39,113 bases of DNA. Source: an uncultured Nannocystaceae bacterium. Its GTDB lineage: Bacteria > Myxococcota_A > Polyangia > Nannocystales > Nannocystaceae. Location: positions 50,662 through 89,774 of the forward strand of contig CAZDHJ010000013.1 in NCBI GenBank assembly GCA_964505145.1, written 5' to 3'. The notes under the pieces were generated by a model, which searched no databases, was not told the origin of the DNA, and saw only the letters and a list, made by a program, of their open reading frames with translations. Numbering within the stretch: the stretch's first letter is position 1; each line of letters begins with the position of its first letter. Positions 34,794 through 39,113 of the stretch are shown here, one piece after another. The translations under genes were made by a program, and so were the position numbers.

Positions 34794-35438
34794 ATGGCCG
34801 ACGAGACCGACTTCGAGCTGCTGGCGCACTGGCGCGGCGGCGACGCAGCCGCCGGCAATCGCCTGCTGCGCCGGCACTTCCAGACCGTCCACCGCTTCTT
34901 CCGCAACAAGGTCGACGGCGACATCGACGACCTCATCCAGCGCACGTTCCTGGGCCTGGTCGAGGCGCTGCCGCGGTTCCAGGAGCGGGCGCAGTTCAAG
35001 ACCTTCCTGCTCGCGGTCGCACGCAACCACCTGCTGCTGCACTTCCGCGAGCGCGCGCGACTCAAGCAGCGCGATGCCGAGGACGTCTCGGTCCACGACC
35101 TCGGCGTGGTCGACGCGCCCAGCGGCGTCATCGCGCTGCGCGAGGAGCAACAGCTGCTGCTGGTCGCGCTGCGCCGCTTGCCGCTGGCGCTGCAGATCAC
35201 CGTCGAGCTGTTCTACTGGGAGCGCATGGGCATCGACGACATCGGCATCGTGCTCGAGATCCCGCCCGGCACCGTGAAGAGCCGCCTGGCCCGCGCGCGC
35301 GACAACCTCAAGCAGACGCTCGAGCAGCTGGCGAGTTCACCCGCAGCGCGCGCCAGCTCGATCCAGGACCTCGAGGCCTGGGCGCGATCGTTGCGCGACG
35401 TGCTCGCGGCGCTCGACGGCGTCGAGGGCCCGGCCTGA
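34794..35438 (+). CDS. RNA polymerase ECF-type sigma factor (sigma-70 family) with a C-terminal extension, 214 aa.
   Basis: ATG at 34794 (MADETDFELLAHWRGGD...). Sigma-2 region (DLIQRTFLGLVEALPRF) and sigma-4 HTH (IDDIGIVLEIPPGTVKSRLARARDNL). About 40 aa extra at the C-terminus. Divergent from the kinase gene with a 63-nt gap. No anti-sigma gene follows. Confidence 0.85.
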   Translation: MADETDFELLAHWRGGDAAAGNRLLRRHFQTVHRFFRNKVDGDIDDLIQRTFLGLVEALPRFQERAQFKTFLLAVARNHLLLHFRERARLKQRDAEDVSVHDLGVVDAPSGVIALREEQQLLLVALRRLPLALQITVELFYWERMGIDDIGIVLEIPPGTVKSRLARARDNLKQTLEQLASSPAARASSIQDLEAWARSLRDVLAALDGVEGPA

Positions 35439-35445
35439 GCGAGGC

Positions 35446-35673
35446 TCACGCGTCCGCGCGCAGGTCGGCGCGCAGCCGCGCGATGACATCGCTGGTGAAG
35501 CGCAGCTCGTGCTCGCGATCGAAGACGTAACCGCGCACGCGCAACACCACCCGCGTCAGGTCACCCTCCTCCGCGATCACGAAGACCTCGGGCGGACACC
35601 GCGGCGACGCGAACGGCGACAGCGAGGTCGCCAGGCGTTGCTGGCGGACGCGCGGCGCGGTCGCGGTGCGCAC
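35446..35673 (-). CDS. Small hypothetical ORF of 75 aa.
   Basis: High GC3, about 90%, favours coding on the minus strand (…EVFVIAEEGDLTRVVLRVRGYVFDREHELRFTSDVIARLRADLRADA). No recognisable family. Sits between the ECF sigma gene and the Usp-like remnant. Confidence 0.3.
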   Translation of the reverse strand: MRTATAPRVRQQRLATSLSPFASPRCPPEVFVIAEEGDLTRVVLRVRGYVFDREHELRFTSDVIARLRADLRADA

Positions 35674-35681
35674 ACCCTGTT

Positions 35682-35867
35682 CGGCAACTTCAGACGGCCG
35701 GCGAGCCCGAGGAGGCCATCTTGGCGCTGTGCGCCGAGGGCAACTACGACCTCGTTCTGATCGGCAGCGGCCTGCGCATCGCCAGCGCGCGCGCGTTCTA
35801 CGGCCACCGGGTCGAGCGCATCCTCGAGCGCGCGCCCTGCCCGGTCGGCATCGTCAGCTCGACCTGA
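35682..35867 (+). pseudogene. Universal stress protein (UspA-like) C-terminal remnant of about 61 codons with no start.
   Basis: Frame ≡0 mod 3 reads EAILALCAEGNYDLVLIGSGLRIASARAFYGHRVERILERAPCPVGIVSST* with about 95% GC3, a typical Usp C-terminus. The same frame upstream of about 35680 is an Arg-rich non-protein sequence with in-frame stops at 35484 and 35496. The end overlaps the TetR 3' end by 14 nt. Confidence 0.4.
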
Positions 35868-36474
35868 CGCGGCGCGACGGCGGCGGCCGTTCGACGATGG
35901 CGCGCACGAGCGCGCCCAGCTGCTCGCGATGCGCCGCGGTCGAGCTGGCGCAGTAGCTCGCGCCGTGGCCCGCAGCCATCAGCAGCGACTGCAGCGTCGC
36001 CGCCTTGCCGCCGAAGCGCGCCAGCGACACCGCCTGCTCGCGTGCGGCGGACTTGATCGCCGCCAGTAGCACCTCCGCGAAGGCCTTGTCGCCTGCGGCG
36101 ACGACGTCGCGCGCAGTGGCATCGCTGGACTCGAGCAGCTCCCGCGCGTGCGGTGACGACTCGACCAGCGCATACACCGTGGTGAACTTGGCCGCCAGCA
36201 CCGCGGTCAGCCGCGCGATCGCGTCGGGTTCGGCCAGCGCCGCGCGGGCCTGCTGCACGATGCGATCCATGACCGCCTGGCACACCGCGACGAAGATGGC
36301 GTCCTTGTCCTCGAAGTGGGCGTACAGCGTGGGCTTGGCCAGTCGCGCCTCGCGGGCGATGAGCTCGACGGTGGTACGGCGGTAGCCGTAGCGACCGAAC
36401 AACGTCGTGGCCGCCCGCACGATCGCCTCGCGCTTGCCCTGGCCTCCCGACGCCGCCGCTGCCACGGGCGTCAT
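35854..36474 (-). CDS. TetR family transcriptional regulator, 206 aa.
   Basis: N-terminal HTH (REAIVRAATTLFGRYGYRRTTVELIAREARLAKPTLYAHFEDKDAIF). Start placed at ATG 36474 so that the operator palindrome lies upstream. Track ORF 35854..36540 would run through the operator. Confidence 0.8.
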   Translation of the reverse strand: MTPVAAAASGGQGKREAIVRAATTLFGRYGYRRTTVELIAREARLAKPTLYAHFEDKDAIFVAVCQAVMDRIVQQARAALAEPDAIARLTAVLAAKFTTVYALVESSPHARELLESSDATARDVVAAGDKAFAEVLLAAIKSAAREQAVSLARFGGKAATLQSLLMAAGHGASYCASSTAAHREQLGALVRAIVERPPPSRRVRSS

Positions 36475-36512
36475 CGTAGCAACCCGTGCGGGCCCGATGC
36501 CAGGAACCTCAC

Positions 36513-36540
36513 TTGAACCAAGTTCATAAAGCTGGTTCAA
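36513..36540. promoter_or_regulatory. Inverted repeat TTGAACCA-N12-TGGTTCAA, candidate TetR operator.
   Basis: Seen directly in the 118-nt divergent intergenic region between the TetR gene (start 36474) and the SDR gene (start 36593). The region is relatively AT-rich. There is a nested GAAC...GTTC sub-palindrome. Confidence 0.6.
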
Positions 36541-36592
36541 TCAGGAAACCCCGGCCCGCGCGGCGCCGCCCACGGGGCAAAGGCGATCGTCC

Positions 36593-37450
36593 ATGTCACA
36601 GTCCAAGGCCGTCCTCATCACGGGTTGCTCGTCCGGCATCGGCCGCGCGACCGCGCTCCACCTCGCGACGCTGCCGGGCTGGACCGTGTGGGCGAGCGCG
36701 CGACGCCCGGCGGAGCTGGCCGAGCTGCAGGCGGCGGGCTGTCGCGCGCTCGCGCTCGACGTCACCGACCCCGCGTCGATGGACGCGGCGGTCGCTGCGG
36801 TCGAGGCCGAACACGGTGCGGTCGCAGCACTGGTGAACAACGCCGGCTACTCGCAGAGCGGCGCGTTCGAGGCGGTGCCGCTCGAGCGCGTGCGCGCGCA
36901 GTTCGAGACCAACGTCTTCGGCGTGATCGCGCTGACCCAGCGCGTGCTGCCCGGCATGCGGCGCCAGCGATGGGGCCGCGTGGTCAACCTCAGCTCGATG
37001 GGCGGCAAGCTGGTGTTCCCCGGCGGTGGCTACTACCACGCGACCAAGCACGCGATCGAAGCGCTCGGCGACGCGCTGCGCTTCGAGGTGCGCGGCTTCG
37101 GCATCGACGTGGTCTTGGTCGAGCCCGGCCTGATCAAGAGCGGCTTCAGCGAGGCCGCGCTCGGGGCCATGTCCGTGCGCGAGGGCATGGACACGGTCTA
37201 CGGCCCGTTCCACGAGGCCGTGTCCCGCGCGACCAAGGAGAGCTACGAGAAGGGCCCGCTCGCGCGGCTGGCGGGCGTGCCGCTCGACGTCGCGCGCGTC
37301 GTCGAGAGGGCCCTGCTCGCGCCGCGCCCGCGCGCACGCTACACGGTCTCGCTCTCTGCCAAGGTGCTCTTGGCCCAGCGACGTTGGAGCAGCGATCGCG
37401 TGTGGGACTGGCTCATGCGGCAGAACTTCCCCAGCCCGGGCGACGCGTGA
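36593..37450 (+). CDS. Short-chain dehydrogenase/reductase (SDR) family oxidoreductase, 285 aa.
   Basis: TGxxxGIG cofactor motif (LITGCSSGIGRA), NNAG and YxxxK (YYHATKHAIEALG). Classical SDR length and order. Confidence 0.9.
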   Translation: MSQSKAVLITGCSSGIGRATALHLATLPGWTVWASARRPAELAELQAAGCRALALDVTDPASMDAAVAAVEAEHGAVAALVNNAGYSQSGAFEAVPLERVRAQFETNVFGVIALTQRVLPGMRRQRWGRVVNLSSMGGKLVFPGGGYYHATKHAIEALGDALRFEVRGFGIDVVLVEPGLIKSGFSEAALGAMSVREGMDTVYGPFHEAVSRATKESYEKGPLARLAGVPLDVARVVERALLAPRPRARYTVSLSAKVLLAQRRWSSDRVWDWLMRQNFPSPGDA

Positions 37451-37613
37451 ACCCGCGCGTGCGAGCACGGCGCGGCGGTGGCCGTGATCGTGCCGCACGC
37501 GTGCGACGTCGCGTCGCGCGCGGCGTGGTCGCATGCGCATGCGTGCACCCGACCTCCGCCGGCCCGCTGCACGACTCGACGTATCGGCCGAACGGCGTCA
37601 CATTGATCGCACG

Positions 37614-38234
37614 ATGTCGGGCCCCTACCTCGCATGGTGGGCCGGGGGCATGGCCCTCGGCGGCCTCGCGTTGGCGCAGTGGTTGATCGACCGCCGCTCG
37701 CTCGGGGTCTCGGGCTACCTCGATCGCGGACTGCGGGCGCTGGGCCGACCCGAGCAGGCGCGCGAGGAGGCGCGGGTGCTCGCGGCCGATCCCGAAGCGC
37801 TGCGTGCCGCACTCGCGGCGGCGGTGCTCGAAGACGTCGCCGATTCGGGGCACGATGGTTCGCCGTCGCGCAGCGCGGTTGCTGCGCAGGTCCGCGAGCC
37901 CACCCGTCGCGCACGTCCGGTCGGCGCCCGCACGGCGCTGTGGTACGTCGTCGCGATCATCGCGGGCGGCGCGATCGCTGCGGCCCAACGCGGGGCGTGG
38001 TCGCTCGAGCTCGCGCTGCCGGCGAGCGCGAGTGCGCGCTTCGGCGCCGGTGGTTGGCTCGCGCTGCTGCTCGGTGGCGCGCTGGTCGGAGTCGGCGCGC
38101 GCATGGCCGGCGGCTGTTCCAGCGGGCACGGCCTGTCGGGTTGCGCGCGACTGCAGCCCGCGAGCATGGTCGCGACCGCGACCTTCCTCGCCGCCGCGAT
38201 CGCGACCACGTGGCTCTTCGGGAGGTTCGCGTGA
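37614..38234 (+). CDS. YeeE/YedE family (sulphur-compound transport) membrane protein, first half, 206 aa.
   Basis: ATG at 37614 (MSGPYLAWWAGGMALGGLALAQW). TM helices. GGCSSGHGLSG motif (the conserved Cys of the YeeE/YedE half-domain). Unusual hydrophilic insert of about 70 aa. Its stop overlaps the next gene's start. Confidence 0.7.
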   Translation: MSGPYLAWWAGGMALGGLALAQWLIDRRSLGVSGYLDRGLRALGRPEQAREEARVLAADPEALRAALAAAVLEDVADSGHDGSPSRSAVAAQVREPTRRARPVGARTALWYVVAIIAGGAIAAAQRGAWSLELALPASASARFGAGGWLALLLGGALVGVGARMAGGCSSGHGLSGCARLQPASMVATATFLAAAIATTWLFGRFA

Positions 38235-38638
38235 GCCGGGCGGACACACGCCTGGTGGCGTACGGCCTCGCGCTGGGCTACGTGCTCAGCCACATGGGCT
38301 TCACGGACGCCGCGCAGGTGCAGGCGATGTTCGCCCTGACCGACCCGCGGCTGTGGCTCGGGTTCGGCCTCGCGGTGATCATCGCGGCGATCGGCTTCCG
38401 CCGCGATCGCCTCGCCGCGCCCGAGCGTCCGTTGCACGCCGGCGTCGTGCCGGGCGCAATCCTCTTCGGCGTGGGCTGGGCCGTGTGCGGTACGTGCACC
38501 GGTTCGAGCTTGGCCGCACTCGGCGAGGGTCAACTCGCCGTCGCCGTCTCCGTGCTCGGTGTGGTGGCCGGCACGTGGGGCTACGGCGCGATCCACCGCC
38601 GGTGGTTTCGATGGGATCCAGGATCATGCGGGTTGTGA
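38231..38638 (+). CDS. YeeE/YedE family membrane protein, second half, 135 aa.
   Basis: GTG at 38231 overlapping the TGA of the first half (GTGA). GWAVCGTCTG motif and TM helices. Together the two ORFs form one YeeE/YedE two-domain transporter. Confidence 0.7.
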   Translation: MSRADTRLVAYGLALGYVLSHMGFTDAAQVQAMFALTDPRLWLGFGLAVIIAAIGFRRDRLAAPERPLHAGVVPGAILFGVGWAVCGTCTGSSLAALGEGQLAVAVSVLGVVAGTWGYGAIHRRWFRWDPGSCGL

Positions 38639-38841
38639 ACGACAAGGCCGGCAGCAGCTGCACGCATCGCGGCACGTGCCCGATGTTCGCGCTCTTCGAT
38701 CGCGGCAACCAGCTCGAGTACTGGAAGGAGCGCTACTGCGACTCCGAGTTCACCCGCTGCGCGCGCTACCAGAAGATGACCGAGGGCGAGACGCCGCCGG
38801 TGCAGCTGCTGCCCAGCGGTCGCATGCTGCGGCTGGGCTGA
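38626..38841 (+). CDS. Small Cys-containing hypothetical protein of 71 aa.
   Basis: ATG at 38626, within the last 13 nt of the preceding gene. Very high GC3. Sequence MRVVNDKAGSSCTHRGTCPMF...YWKERYCDSEFTRCARY has four Cys spaced like a small metal-binding domain. Confidence 0.45.
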   Translation: MRVVNDKAGSSCTHRGTCPMFALFDRGNQLEYWKERYCDSEFTRCARYQKMTEGETPPVQLLPSGRMLRLG

Positions 38842-38860
38842 GCTGCGGACTCCCGCTGGC

Positions 38861-39113
38861 TCACCGCGACTGGACCAGGTTCCAGCGATCCGCGACCAGC
38901 GGCTGCGACGGACCGGCGCCGCTCGAGAAGCTCCACTGCACCGCACCCTCACCGGCCGGGATCGCCTCGGCGCCCAGGCGCGGACCCGGATTCGGCGGGC
39001 TGTAGCCGTAGCCGCTGTCGTAGCCGCCGCCGTCGCTGTTGTAGCCGCCGTCGCTGCCGTAGCCGCCGTCGCTGCCGTAGCCGCCGTCGCTGCCGTAGCC
39101 GCCGGACTCGCCA
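38861..39113 (-). CDS. 3' end of a CDS extending beyond the window (partial), with (GGYGSD)n repeats.
   Basis: Reverse strand reads …GESGGYGSDGGYGSDGGYGSDGGYNSDGGGYDSGYGYSPPNPGPRLGAEAIPAGEGAVQWSFSSGAGPSQPLVADRWNLVQSR* with a stop at 38861-38863. High GC3. No start in the window. Confidence 0.5.
   Translation of the reverse strand, partial: GESGGYGSDGGYGSDGGYGSDGGYNSDGGGYDSGYGYSPPNPGPRLGAEAIPAGEGAVQWSFSSGAGPSQPLVADRWNLVQSR
39020..39100. repeat. Tandem 18-nt repeat (GTAGCCGCCGTCGCTGCC) x about 4, encoding the GGYGSD units.
   Basis: Three perfect copies at 39041-39094 with degenerate flanking copies. Confidence 0.8.

Noticed and set aside
38559-39005. 148-aa + strand ORF near the window end
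   Set aside because: Overlaps the small Cys protein and the minus-strand GGYGSD gene. The translation is Arg/Ala-rich and the minus frame there has a tandem-repeat-encoded protein with high GC3.
1-39113. Search for tRNA/rRNA genes, CRISPR arrays, IS elements and integrases
   Set aside because: Intergenic regions are short (mostly under 150 nt) and contain no cloverleaf-like or direct-repeat/spacer structure. No transposase, integrase or recombinase-like ORFs were seen. The only repeats are the hexamer microsatellite, the intragenic tandem repeats and the 18-nt GGYGSD repeat.

Overview
This is a high-GC (about 70%) bacterial chromosomal window, most likely from a myxobacterium (Myxococcota). 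The evidence for that is a Myxococcus-type cysteine-rich repeat protein, a DUF2378/TIGR02265-like protein, a CarF/TMEM189-like lipid desaturase, many lipoproteins with lipobox signal peptides, and a transmembrane Ser/Thr kinase. I did not see rRNA, tRNA, CRISPR arrays or mobile elements.

The window is densely coding on both strands. Many long antisense 'shadow' ORFs, rich in R, A, G and P, are high-GC artefacts and I rejected them.

Recognisable housekeeping and envelope genes include:
- formate--tetrahydrofolate ligase (fhs)
- a prolyl oligopeptidase (S9A)
- two S41 C-terminal processing peptidases
- a Crp/Fnr regulator, a TetR regulator with its operator next to an SDR gene, and an ECF sigma factor
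- a split YeeE/YedE transporter

The most striking feature is a full-length bacterial homologue of the eukaryotic major vault protein (MVP), covering the N-terminal MVP repeats, the shoulder domain and the cap-helix/cap-ring region.
- It is the last gene of a tightly spaced, co-directional three-gene unit on the minus strand: transmembrane Ser/Thr kinase, then a 2H (LigT-like) phosphoesterase, then MVP.
- An ECF sigma factor with no anti-sigma gene is transcribed divergently from this unit.
- About 290 bp downstream, on the same strand, lie a Myxococcus cysteine-rich-repeat lipoprotein carrying three tandem ~135-aa repeats of an uncharacterised Cys/Trp-rich module, and then a CarF/TMEM189 (plasmanylethanolamine desaturase)-like gene.
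- This looks like an undescribed MVP-centred locus that may be signal-regulated.

Other notable items:
- a translationally coupled pair of paralogous zinc-ribbon, membrane-anchored proteins
- several 4-nt start/stop overlaps (ATGA/GTGA) marking coupled operons
- a perfect 12-bp palindrome in a divergent promoter
- a GC-rich bidirectional terminator hairpin next to a (GGGCAC)4 microsatellite
- a universal-stress-protein C-terminal remnant
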